Source: Nannocystis bainbridge
GTDB lineage: Bacteria > Myxococcota_A > Polyangia > Nannocystales > Nannocystaceae
Assembly: GCF_028368995.1 (NCBI RefSeq)
Contig: NZ_JAQNDL010000001.1
Span: 3,488,001 to 3,552,000, forward strand
Direction of reading: 5' to 3'
DNA length: 64,000 bases
The notes under the pieces were generated by a model. It was not told where the DNA came from. It did no database searches and worked only from the letters and a program-made list of their open reading frames with translations. This document shows positions 1-8,578 of this stretch, piece by piece. Each line of letters opens with the position of its first letter. Position 1 is the first letter of the stretch. The position numbers and the translations under genes are program-made.

Positions 1-1
1 C

Positions 2-292
2 GGCCCGTTCCTCCACAACGGCTCGGTGCCGACCATCGAGCTGGTCCTCGACAGCACCAAGCGGCCCAAGTACTGGAAGCGCGTCGACTACGACTCGAAG
101 AACTTCGACGAGGAAGCGCTCGGCTGGCCGTTCGTCGCCACTCCCTACGGCCAGGTCGGCGCCCCCGACGACGAGCGCAAGTTCATCTACGACACGACGT
201 TCGTCGCCCACGGCAACGCGGGCCACACCTTCGGCGACCACTTCACGCCGGACCAGCGCCGCGCGGTGCTCGAGTACCTCAAGACGCTGTGA
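2..292 (+). CDS. C-terminal fragment of a c-type cytochrome (RoxA/di-heme peroxidase-like), 5'-truncated by the window edge
   Basis: Frame from nt 2 reads GPFLHNGSVPT...GNAGHTFG...RRAVLEYLKTL, the typical C-terminus of this family. Confidence 0.7.
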   Translation, partial: GPFLHNGSVPTIELVLDSTKRPKYWKRVDYDSKNFDEEALGWPFVATPYGQVGAPDDERKFIYDTTFVAHGNAGHTFGDHFTPDQRRAVLEYLKTL

Positions 293-295
293 CGC

Positions 296-1039
296 TCACC
301 CGAAGGCCGGCTCGCGGCCGTCGAGCGTGCCGGCCGCGCCGACCGCGGCGAAGCGGAAGAACAGGTCCTCGGCGAACCACCGCCGGGCCAGCGCCGCGCG
401 GGCCGCCGCCTGGTGGTTCGAGCCGGCCCACGCGAATTGCTCGAGGCTGTCGGCGTCGTCCCACACGCTGAACGTGACCGGGCGGATCCACGGCAGCTCG
501 CCGATCCCCAGCGCCGCGCGCAGGCCGGGCGCGCGCACCAGCCGGCTGTTGATCGCCGGCACCCGCGACCAGAAGTTGAAGAACCCGCGCAGGCGCAGGC
601 GCGCCCGCGTGATCGCGACCATGGGTAGCCTTTGGGGCAGGTCCGAAAGGCCAGGTCCGAACGGACAGGTCCCGCCCCAGCTACCGCGGCCGCGCGCGGT
701 CAGCAGCGCCAGCGTCCACGCCTCGCTGGCGCGCGCGCGGTAGTCGGCGAACAGCGCGCTGCGGGCGAAGAAGTCCGCGAGCACATGCTCCGAAGACCAG
801 GTCGCGACCAGGGCGTAGCGCGACAGGTCGGGCTTCGCCGAGAAGCCGAGGCCGCCGCCGCTGCCGCACAGGCGCCAGAACTGCAGGCCCGGGGTGGCCG
901 CCAGCGGGGCGCGGGCGCGGCCCATCTGCTTGAAGGCCCACAGCCGTCGGCCGGGCGGGAACCGCAGCACCGTGACCGTCGTGATCGTCGCGCCGGGCGG
1001 CGGGCGATGGACCCACCGGAGAGCGTGCTCGCCCGGCAA
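296..1039 (-). CDS. Spheroidene monooxygenase CrtA-like protein
   Basis: WAFKQMG...PGLQFWRLCGSGGGLGFS, GIGELPW..TFSVW and WFAEDLFFRF motifs; start uncertain. Confidence 0.7.
   Translation of the reverse strand: MPGEHALRWVHRPPPGATITTVTVLRFPPGRRLWAFKQMGRARAPLAATPGLQFWRLCGSGGGLGFSAKPDLSRYALVATWSSEHVLADFFARSALFADYRARASEAWTLALLTARGRGSWGGTCPFGPGLSDLPQRLPMVAITRARLRLRGFFNFWSRVPAINSRLVRAPGLRAALGIGELPWIRPVTFSVWDDADSLEQFAWAGSNHQAAARAALARRWFAEDLFFRFAAVGAAGTLDGREPAFG
635..672. repeat. 14-bp-period array (intragenic, crtA-like)
   Basis: CAGG cores at 638, 652, 666. Confidence 0.75.
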
Positions 1040-1043
1040 GCGC

Positions 1044-1799
1044 TCACGACCCCGGCAGGAACTGCACCGCGTGTTGCGGGATCGCCGTCGCCGCGCCCAC
1101 CAACACCTGGTCGCCCCAGCGCTCGACCCACAGCGCCCGGTCGGCCGCCGCGCGGTAGACGTAGGTCGCCACCCGCGGCAGCGCCGGCCGCCCGTGCATG
1201 CCGACCCCGGCCGCGCTGGCCTGGCCGCGCCGCTCGAGCGCGTAAGTGTGCTCCTGGTGCGGGATGTGGCGCGGCGGCTCGCCCGACAGCCCGTGGCCGC
1301 GGACCGGCTCGGCCAGCAGCCACCGCTCCTGGTCCGGCGAACCGACCAGCCAGCGCTGACGATCGGCGTCGGTCATCACCGCGATCACCGTGGCGGTGGC
1401 GCCCTCCTTGAGGTTGACCACGCCGTCGACCAGGTAGTCGCCGTCGAGGTTGGGGTCGCCGGTCTCGATGACGATGACGTCGCCCTGGCGCAGCGAGGTG
1501 AGGGTGAGCTCGGGCCCCTCGGGGGTGTCGGGCGCGGCGCGCGGGACGGGTGCGGGCTGAAGCCGGCCCTGGAGGCGCTGGGCGACGCGCGCGCGGATCT
1601 TCTGGCTGATCGGGTCTGCGGGGATCGATCCGGAGGTGGTCGAGCCGGAGGACGCGGCGGCGAGGGCGAGCTGCGGGCCGTCACCCTCGGTGAGCTGCCG
1701 CCGGTCGCCCCAGTCGCGCAGGCGTCGGGCCGCGAGGATCCCGACCCAAAAAGCACCGGCGATGGTCATGGCGGCGAGCAAGGAGGCGAGCGTCAACAT
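1044..1799 (-). CDS. Membrane-anchored DUF4178-like protein
   Basis: N-terminal TM (MLTLASLLAA...), LRQGDVI...DYLVDG, YALERRGQA and LWVERWG motifs; ATG at 1799. Confidence 0.55.
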   Translation of the reverse strand: MLTLASLLAAMTIAGAFWVGILAARRLRDWGDRRQLTEGDGPQLALAAASSGSTTSGSIPADPISQKIRARVAQRLQGRLQPAPVPRAAPDTPEGPELTLTSLRQGDVIVIETGDPNLDGDYLVDGVVNLKEGATATVIAVMTDADRQRWLVGSPDQERWLLAEPVRGHGLSGEPPRHIPHQEHTYALERRGQASAAGVGMHGRPALPRVATYVYRAAADRALWVERWGDQVLVGAATAIPQHAVQFLPGS

Positions 1800-2042
1800 G
1801 CGGGAGCGGAGGCCCTCGACGCTTGCTTGTAGCACGCGGCCCGGGCCCGCGGGAGGCCACACCCGTCAGGACCCTCGCCCGCCCGCCCTGCCGCGCGCTC
1901 GCCCCGGGAGATCGCCGCCCGCGCGAGGTGCGACGCCCGGGCCGGGTCCGCGGCCGGTCCGACGGCGCCTGCCGTGCCCGCGACCTCCCGCTGGCTCGTG
2001 GCCGCAGGCGCGCGCGCCGACGCGCCCACCGGCGGGCCGCAA

Positions 2043-2123
2043 GGACATGTCCCTTCGGACATGTTAAAAAGACGCGGAGCGGGAATCACAGGCACGTTAG
2101 GACATGTCCGAACGTGCATGTTC
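2043..2123. repeat. 14-bp-period arrays (intergenic)
   Basis: Cores at 2046/2060 and at 2089/2103/2117. Confidence 0.8.
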
Positions 2124-2207
2124 GGAGCCGAGCGCCGGCGGCACCGTCTCCGCGAACGTGCGCGACCCATGGCGAAAGCGCCCAGCACCGTCGCCGCTCC
2201 TCGTGTT

Positions 2208-2273
2208 GCGCCTGTCACTCAGGACATGTCGAAAAGCACATTGTCACAAGCACATGTACTTTGGAACATGTCC
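2208..2273. repeat. 14-bp-period array, 3' of hrpB
   Basis: Cores at 2211, 2225, 2239, 2253, 2267. Confidence 0.85.
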
Positions 2274-2287
2274 AAGAAGACCACGGC

Positions 2288-4837
2288 TCACCGCCGCGGG
2301 GCCGGCGGCGCGGCGGTGCGTGGGTCGTCGGGCCACGAGTGGCGCGGGTAGCGGCGCATCAGCGCCTTGCGGACCTCGGGGTAGTGGCGGTCCCAGAACC
2401 CGGAGAGGTCGGTCGTGACCTGCTCGGCGCGGCCGTTCGGGGCCAGCAGATGCAGCACCAGCGGCACCTTGCCGCCGGCGATGTGCGGCCCGCGGCTCAT
2501 GCCGAAGAAGTCTTGCAGGCGCGACGCCAGCCACGGCGGCTTGTCGGGCTCGTAGTGCACGGCCACGCGCCGGCCTCCGGGCAGCTGCACGTGCGTCGGC
2601 GCCAGCCGCTCGAGCCCGCCGCCCGCGGCCACGCGCCCGAGCAGCTGGCCCATCAGGTCGGCCGCGCGCAGCTCGGCGAAGCTGGTCCGGCCCTCGCAAA
2701 GCTCGGCCAGCACCGCGCGCGCGACCGCCTCGGTGATCACCGGCGCCCCCGGCACGTGCGCCGCCACGAACGCCGAGCGCGCCATCAGCCCGCGCAGCGC
2801 CTCCGCGTCGGCCACGAACCGCTCGGGCCCGGCCGCCTGCGCCTGCGCGCGCAGCAGCTCGCTGGCCGCGGGCGGCAGCTTCGCCCCCGTCGTGCGCTCG
2901 AGCAGCAGCCCCATGTACCGCAGCTCGCGCGCCCCCTCGACCCGCTCGCGCGCCGCGTTCCACTGCAGCTCGTCGCGCTCCTCGATCTCGTCGCACAGCT
3001 GGTCGATCAACCACTCCGGCTCGATCGCGCAGGCGCTGCGCACCAGCACCTGCGGCCCGCGGTCGGCCTCGCGCCGCTGCTCGACCTCCAGCGCCAGCAG
3101 CCACGGCGCCGTGCGCACCACCGACCCCGGCCCGAGCCGCGCCGCCCCGCCGCCCGCCAGCGCCAGCGCGCGGAAGCCCCCGACCTCGTCGCGCGCCTGC
3201 GCCACCCGCTCGGGGAAGGCCGCCAGCAGGGCCATGCGCAGCCTGTCCTCTCGTTCCTGTTCCTTGATACCTAGCTCTTTGGACCTGTCCCGAGAGTCAT
3301 GCGGAAGCGCGCGCAGTAGCTGGTCGCGGACCTGCAGCGCGCGGCGGGCCGGCCCGCCCAGCAGGCCGCGCTCGTCGCCGCGGCGGCGCAGCTTCTCGAG
3401 GTCGGCGAGGTCGACCAGCACGTCGGCGTCGGCGTCGCACGAGGCCAGCGCGCCTGACGGGCGGATCGATCGCTCGGACAGCAGCGCCGCCGCGCCGCAG
3501 GCCAGCCCCGGCACGCCGCGATCGATCCCCTCGCACAGCAGCCGCCCGAGCCGCGGGTGGAGCGGGAACGCCAGCATGCGCCGGCCCAGCGGCGTCACCT
3601 GGCCTGCAGGACCGGTCGCCCCCAGCCGCCGCAGCAGCGCCTCGCCGGCCTGCAGCGACGCCGCTGGCGGCGCCTCGAACCATGGGAACGCGGCTGGATC
3701 GGCGACCGCGAACGCGTGCAGGTCGAGCAGCGCGCTCGCCAGATCGACCCGGTGGATCTCCGGCGGCGTGTGCTCGGGCCGGCGGTCGTGGTCGACCTGG
3801 GCGTACAGCCGCAGGCACCGGCCAGGCCGCGTGCGCCCGGCTCGCCCGGCGCGCTGGGCCGCCGACGCGCGTGACACCTTGCCGAGCTGCAGCGTCGGGA
3901 TCCCCGTCCACGGGTCGTGCGCCGCCACCCGCGCCAGCCCGCCGTCGATCACCGCCGCGATCCCGTCGATCGTCACCGACGTCTCGGCGACGTTGGTGCT
4001 GAGGATCAGCTTCCTCTGGGGACATGGCCGAACGGCCAGGTCCTGCGCGGCCGGCGGCAGCTCGCCGTGCAGCGGCACCACCATCATCCCGTGGTGGGCG
4101 GCGAACCCGGCGCAGGCCTCGGCCGCGCGGGCGATCTCGCGGGCCCCGGGCAGGAACACCAGGACATCGCCGTCGAGCCCCTCGTCGACCAGCTTCGCCA
4201 GCGCCCGCAGCACCCCCGAGTGGAGCTCGTTCGGCTCGCCGAGGTGCTCGATCTCCACCGGGAACATCCGCCCGGCGCTGGTGATCCGGGCGCACGGCTC
4301 GGCTGCTCCTTCGGACAGGTAACTCGCGACCGCGGCGCCGTCGAGGGTCGCCGACATCACGACGAGCTTGAGGTCGGGCCGGTCCGAGCGCTGGAGCTGG
4401 CGCAGCAGCGCGAGCCCCACGTCGCCGTCGATGTGGCGCTCGTGGAACTCGTCGAGCACGACCGCGCCGACGTCGCGCAGCGCCGGGTCGGCGTGCAGCT
4501 TGCGCGCCAGCAGGCCCTCGGTGATGAAGCGCAGGCGCGTCGTCGGACCGACCGCCGACTCGAAGCGGACCTGGTAGCCGACGGTCGCGCCGAGCGGTTC
4601 GCCGAGGCTCTCGGCCACCCGCGCCGCGGTCATGCGCGCCGCCAGGCGGCGCGGCTGCAGCACCAGCACCTCGCGCTCGCCGGCCAGCCCGGCCTGCAGC
4701 AGCGCCAGCGGCACGCGCGTGGTCTTGCCGGCCCCGGGCGGCGCCTCGATCACCGCGCAGGGCGATCGCTGCAGGGCCGCGACGATGTCGGCGAGGACCT
4801 CGTCGATCGGCAGCTGCGAGGGTGCGCGCGGGGCCAC
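2288..4837 (-). CDS. hrpB: ATP-dependent RNA helicase HrpB
   Basis: APPGAGKTT, DEFHER, MSAT, STNVAETSVTI, QRAGRAGR, and C-terminal LLAPNGRAEQVTTDLSGFW..YP...YPRHSWP; start chosen at GTG 4837. Confidence 0.95.
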   Translation of the reverse strand: MAPRAPSQLPIDEVLADIVAALQRSPCAVIEAPPGAGKTTRVPLALLQAGLAGEREVLVLQPRRLAARMTAARVAESLGEPLGATVGYQVRFESAVGPTTRLRFITEGLLARKLHADPALRDVGAVVLDEFHERHIDGDVGLALLRQLQRSDRPDLKLVVMSATLDGAAVASYLSEGAAEPCARITSAGRMFPVEIEHLGEPNELHSGVLRALAKLVDEGLDGDVLVFLPGAREIARAAEACAGFAAHHGMMVVPLHGELPPAAQDLAVRPCPQRKLILSTNVAETSVTIDGIAAVIDGGLARVAAHDPWTGIPTLQLGKVSRASAAQRAGRAGRTRPGRCLRLYAQVDHDRRPEHTPPEIHRVDLASALLDLHAFAVADPAAFPWFEAPPAASLQAGEALLRRLGATGPAGQVTPLGRRMLAFPLHPRLGRLLCEGIDRGVPGLACGAAALLSERSIRPSGALASCDADADVLVDLADLEKLRRRGDERGLLGGPARRALQVRDQLLRALPHDSRDRSKELGIKEQEREDRLRMALLAAFPERVAQARDEVGGFRALALAGGGAARLGPGSVVRTAPWLLALEVEQRREADRGPQVLVRSACAIEPEWLIDQLCDEIEERDELQWNAARERVEGARELRYMGLLLERTTGAKLPPAASELLRAQAQAAGPERFVADAEALRGLMARSAFVAAHVPGAPVITEAVARAVLAELCEGRTSFAELRAADLMGQLLGRVAAGGGLERLAPTHVQLPGGRRVAVHYEPDKPPWLASRLQDFFGMSRGPHIAGGKVPLVLHLLAPNGRAEQVTTDLSGFWDRHYPEVRKALMRRYPRHSWPDDPRTAAPPAPRR
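3239..3304. repeat. 14-bp-period array (intragenic, hrpB)
   Basis: Cores at 3242, 3256, 3270, 3284, 3298. Confidence 0.8.
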
Positions 4838-5043
4838 GACGGCGCAGCATAGCGGCCCGCTGCGGCTGCGCCCGCTCGCAGGTTTGCGCCTGGTCGCGTG
4901 AGTTTTCCGCGAGACGATGCCCATCGCGTGAGCTGTCCTCGGGGTCATCTCTCCCGCAGAACTGGCCCGAACGGCAGGCGACGGGTCGCGCTCGCACGCC
5001 GCGCTTGACCGGGTGCCGGGGCCGGCGCCAAGCTCCCTCGACG

Positions 5044-5274
5044 GTGGCCTTCAACCTGGCGCAGCTCGAGCTCGGTGCGCGTGCCCGCGTGACCCTCGTC
5101 GGGGGCAGCGGGGCGCTGGCGCTGCGTCTGCTCGAGATGGGCTTCACGCCGGGCACCGTGGTGCTGCTGGTCAAGCGGGCCCCGTTCGGCGACCCGCTCG
5201 AGCTGCAGGTCCGCGGCTGTCACGTGTCGCTGCGCAAGGCCGAGGCCGCGCGGATCGAGGCGGTGTTGTTATGA
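5044..5274 (+). CDS. feoA: Ferrous iron transport protein A
   Basis: RLLEMGFTPG...RAPFGDPL...SLRKAEA; stop overlaps the feoB start (ATGA). Confidence 0.92.
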   Translation: MAFNLAQLELGARARVTLVGGSGALALRLLEMGFTPGTVVLLVKRAPFGDPLELQVRGCHVSLRKAEAARIEAVLL

Positions 5275-7427
5275 CGCTGCGCGGCGCGACGCCCCTGCGC
5301 GTGGCCCTCGCGGGCAACCCGAACGTCGGCAAGACCAGCCTCTTCAACGAGCTGACCGGGTCGCGCCACAAGGTCGGCAACTACGCCGGCGTCACCGTCG
5401 AGACCCGCGCCGGCGCCGTCGTCGCTCGCCTCGCCCCCGCGCGGCCGATCACGATCGTCGACCTGCCCGGCACCTACAGCCTCACGCCGATCGCCGAGGA
5501 CGAGGCCGTCGCGTTCCGCTGCCTCACCGGCGCCGACGACCAGCCGCCCGACGTCGTCGCCCTCGTGCTCGACGCCGCCAACCTGGCCCGCAACCTCTAC
5601 CTCGCCGTCCAGCTGCTCGAGCTCGGGCGCCCGCTGGTCGTCGCCCTCAACATGATGGACGTCGCCGCCGAGGCCGGCGCACCGGTCGACCCCGCCGCCC
5701 TGGCCCGCGCCCTCGGCGTGCCGGTCTTGCCGACGGTCGCGCGCACCGGCGAGGGCATCGCGCGCCTGGTCGAAGGGCTAGGTTCCATCGAACATGTCCC
5801 TTCGGACACCTCGCCGCTGCGCGCCCGCCTTCTGACGGGCGACGACGCCGTGCCGCCGCCGCCCGGGACCGAACTGGCGCGCTGGCGCTGGCTGGTCTCG
5901 GCGGCCGCGGCCGGCACCCTCGACCTGGCCGCGCCGACCGCCGACGAGCGCGTCGCTCTGGCCGCGCTGGCGCCCGCGGCCGTGACCGCGGCCGCGCACG
6001 CGCGGGTGATCGCCCGCTACCGCGAGGTCGACGCCCTGCTGGCCGAGCTCGGCTTCACCGCCGCCCAGCGCGAGCGGGCCCCGGCGATGACCCGCTCGGC
6101 GGCGATCGACCGCGTGCTGACCCACCGCGTGTGGGGCCTGGCGATCTTCGTCCTCGTCATGGCGACGATCTTCAGCTCGATCTTCACCTGGGCCGAGCCG
6201 ATCATGGGCGCGATCGAGGCGCTCATCAGCTGGCTCTCGGGACAGGTCCGCGGACCGCTCGGGCCCGGCGTCTTCACCGACCTGCTGACCCAGGGCGTGA
6301 TCGCCGGCGCCGGCAACGTGCTGGTGTTCGTGCCGCAGATCGCCCTGCTGTTCCTGCTGCTCGGCCTGCTCGAGGACTCGGGCTACATGGCCCGCGCGGC
6401 GTTCCTGGTCGACCGGCTGATGGCCAGGGTCGGCCTGCACGGGCGCGCCTTCGTCCCGCTGCTGAGCGGCTACGCCTGCGCCATCCCGGCCATCCTCGGC
6501 ACCCGCACGATCACCGACCCGCGCGACCGCCTGGCCACGATCCTCATGATCCCGTTCATGAGCTGCAGCGCGCGCCTGCCGATCTACGTCCTCTTCATCA
6601 GCGCGCTGTTCCCCGCCGACGACCGCGTCGGCCCGTTCACCGTCGGCAGCCTCATGCTGGTCGGCTTCTACGCGCTGTCGACGGTGTCGGCCCTGCTCGT
6701 CGGCGCGTTCTGGAAGCGCACCGCCCTGCGCGGCCCGACCCCGCCGTTCGTGCTCGAGCTGCCGCCGTACCGGCTGCCGCGCCTGCGCAACACCCTGCTC
6801 CACGTCTACGACCGCACCGCCGACTTCGTCCGCCAGGCCGGCACCGTCATCCTCGCGGTCACCGTCGTGCTGTGGGTGCTGCTCAGCTTCCCGCGCCCGC
6901 CCGACGCGCCGCCGGTGCCGGTCGACGTCGACCCGGTCGCGCATGTCGAGCCGGACATGTCCGAAACGCCAGACTCGCCGACCCCGCCGCGCGACGAGGA
7001 CTCGCCGATCGTGCACTCGATCGGCGGCCGGATCGGCAAGGCGATCGAGCCGGCGCTGCTGCCGATGGGCCAGGACTTCCGCATGGGCATCGCCATCCTC
7101 GGCAGCTTCGCCGCCCGCGAGGTCATGGTCAGCACGCTCGGCCTGGTCTACGGCATCGAAGAGGACGACGACGACCAGACCTCGCTGCGCGAGAAGCTCC
7201 GCGAGGCCCGCGAGCCCGACGGCTCGCGCCGCCACACCCCCCTGAAGGGCCTGGCGGCGATGATCTTCTTCGTCTACGCCTGCCAGTGCATGTCGACGCT
7301 GGCGGTGGTGCGCCGCGAGACCGGCGCGTGGAAGTGGCCGCTGGTGATGTTCACCACCATGTCGGCCCTGGCCTACGCGCTGGCGGTGCTGGTCTACCAG
7401 GTCGGCCTCGCGCTCGGCTACACCTGA
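5271..7427 (+). CDS. feoB: Ferrous iron transport protein B
   Basis: GNPNVGKTS, GNYAGVTVE, DLPGTYSL and NMMD GTPase motifs; LEDSGYMARAAF, PFMSCSARLP gate motifs. Confidence 0.97.
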   Translation: MTLRGATPLRVALAGNPNVGKTSLFNELTGSRHKVGNYAGVTVETRAGAVVARLAPARPITIVDLPGTYSLTPIAEDEAVAFRCLTGADDQPPDVVALVLDAANLARNLYLAVQLLELGRPLVVALNMMDVAAEAGAPVDPAALARALGVPVLPTVARTGEGIARLVEGLGSIEHVPSDTSPLRARLLTGDDAVPPPPGTELARWRWLVSAAAAGTLDLAAPTADERVALAALAPAAVTAAAHARVIARYREVDALLAELGFTAAQRERAPAMTRSAAIDRVLTHRVWGLAIFVLVMATIFSSIFTWAEPIMGAIEALISWLSGQVRGPLGPGVFTDLLTQGVIAGAGNVLVFVPQIALLFLLLGLLEDSGYMARAAFLVDRLMARVGLHGRAFVPLLSGYACAIPAILGTRTITDPRDRLATILMIPFMSCSARLPIYVLFISALFPADDRVGPFTVGSLMLVGFYALSTVSALLVGAFWKRTALRGPTPPFVLELPPYRLPRLRNTLLHVYDRTADFVRQAGTVILAVTVVLWVLLSFPRPPDAPPVPVDVDPVAHVEPDMSETPDSPTPPRDEDSPIVHSIGGRIGKAIEPALLPMGQDFRMGIAILGSFAAREVMVSTLGLVYGIEEDDDDQTSLREKLREAREPDGSRRHTPLKGLAAMIFFVYACQCMSTLAVVRRETGAWKWPLVMFTTMSALAYALAVLVYQVGLALGYT

Positions 7428-7504
7428 CCTGGCCCTGTGAGCATGTCGGATCGGTCATGCCCGATCGGACCTATTCGAATGGACCTGTTCTTTCGAACAG
7501 GTCC
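7425..7504. repeat. 14-bp-period array between convergent feoB and mscL
   Basis: Cores at 7428, 7442, 7456, 7470, 7484, 7498. Confidence 0.85.
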
Positions 7505-7525
7505 GGGGCATCGTCGCGGCTCGCC

Positions 7526-7963
7526 TCAGAGCGGGCGGGCTCGCAGCAGGTCGCGGATCTCCGCCAGCAGCTTCTCCTGGGCCGTCGGCGGCGCCGGGAC
7601 CTCCTCCTCCTTGGCGATCATGCGCTCCTTCGCCCGCTGGATCGCCGACACCAGCAGGTAGACGGCGAACGCGACGATCAGGAACGTGACGATGAAGTTG
7701 AGGAACACACCGTAGCGGACCGTCACCGCGCCGGCCGCGGTCGCGGCGGCCAGCGTGTCGTAGGGGCCGACCGGCGCGCCGTCCTTGAGGACGACGAAGA
7801 GGTTGGAGAAGTCGACGCCGCCGAGAGCGAGGCCGATGGGCGGCATGATCACGTCGTCGACCAGCGACTTGACGATCGCGCCGAACGCCGCGCCGAGGAT
7901 AATGCCGGAAGCCATGTCGATCAGGCTTCCGCGCATGGCGAACTTCTTGAACCCGCTGAGCAT
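7526..7963 (-). CDS. mscL: Large-conductance mechanosensitive channel
   Basis: FKKFAMRGSLIDMA.GIILGAAFGAIVKSLVDDVIMP...LLAEIRDLL. Confidence 0.97.
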   Translation of the reverse strand: MLSGFKKFAMRGSLIDMASGIILGAAFGAIVKSLVDDVIMPPIGLALGGVDFSNLFVVLKDGAPVGPYDTLAAATAAGAVTVRYGVFLNFIVTFLIVAFAVYLLVSAIQRAKERMIAKEEEVPAPPTAQEKLLAEIRDLLRARPL

Positions 7964-8064
7964 CGCGCGGGATTCTATTGCCCCGGACCGACGAACACGC
8001 CAGCGAACGACGGGGCGGCCGGTGGCGACCTGCGATTTGCCTCACGGTCGCGGCGGACGGCGGA

Positions 8065-8484
8065 CTACAGCTTGTCCGACGCGATGCCGACCGAGCCGAC
8101 GCCCGCCTCGTGGGCGGCCGCCATCAGGCGAATGACCTCGCCGTACTTGACCCCGGGCGCGGCGTCGATCGCCAGCTTGCCGTCGTTCTGAACCTTCGTG
8201 TTGGCCTGAAGCGCCGCGATCACGCCGACGGTGTCGCTGGCGATCACCTGCGTGCCGAGCTTGACGACCCCCGCGGTATCGATCGACAGCAGCAAGGTCG
8301 CGTTGGGGTCGGCCGGACCCTGCACCTTCGACTGGGTCGGGATGTCGAGCGGCATCTGCGTGTTGGTGGCCGGCGGCGCCGACACCATGAAGATGATCAG
8401 GAGGCACAGGAGCACGTCGACCAGCGGGGTCACGTTGATCTCGTTGAGGGCGTCGCCCTCGTCTCCGCCGACGCTGACTGCCAT
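8065..8484 (-). CDS. exbD: ExbD/TolR biopolymer transport protein
   Basis: EINVTPLVDVLLCLLIIFMV motif, KYGEVIRLM; ATG at 8484. Confidence 0.88.
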   Translation of the reverse strand: MAVSVGGDEGDALNEINVTPLVDVLLCLLIIFMVSAPPATNTQMPLDIPTQSKVQGPADPNATLLLSIDTAGVVKLGTQVIASDTVGVIAALQANTKVQNDGKLAIDAAPGVKYGEVIRLMAAAHEAGVGSVGIASDKL

Positions 8485-8578
8485 GGTGCGGCTCACGCTA
8501 GCGGGCCGCGGCCGCCGCGTAAAGCCCGGCCCCGATCGTCGGCGCACGCGCCGGGGTTTCCGCGATATCTTGCCGGCC

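Noticed and set aside
2043-2052. GGACATGTCC matches the eukaryotic p53 half-site RRRCWWGYYY
   Set aside because: Short palindrome coincidence; no evidence for a p53-like protein in the window.
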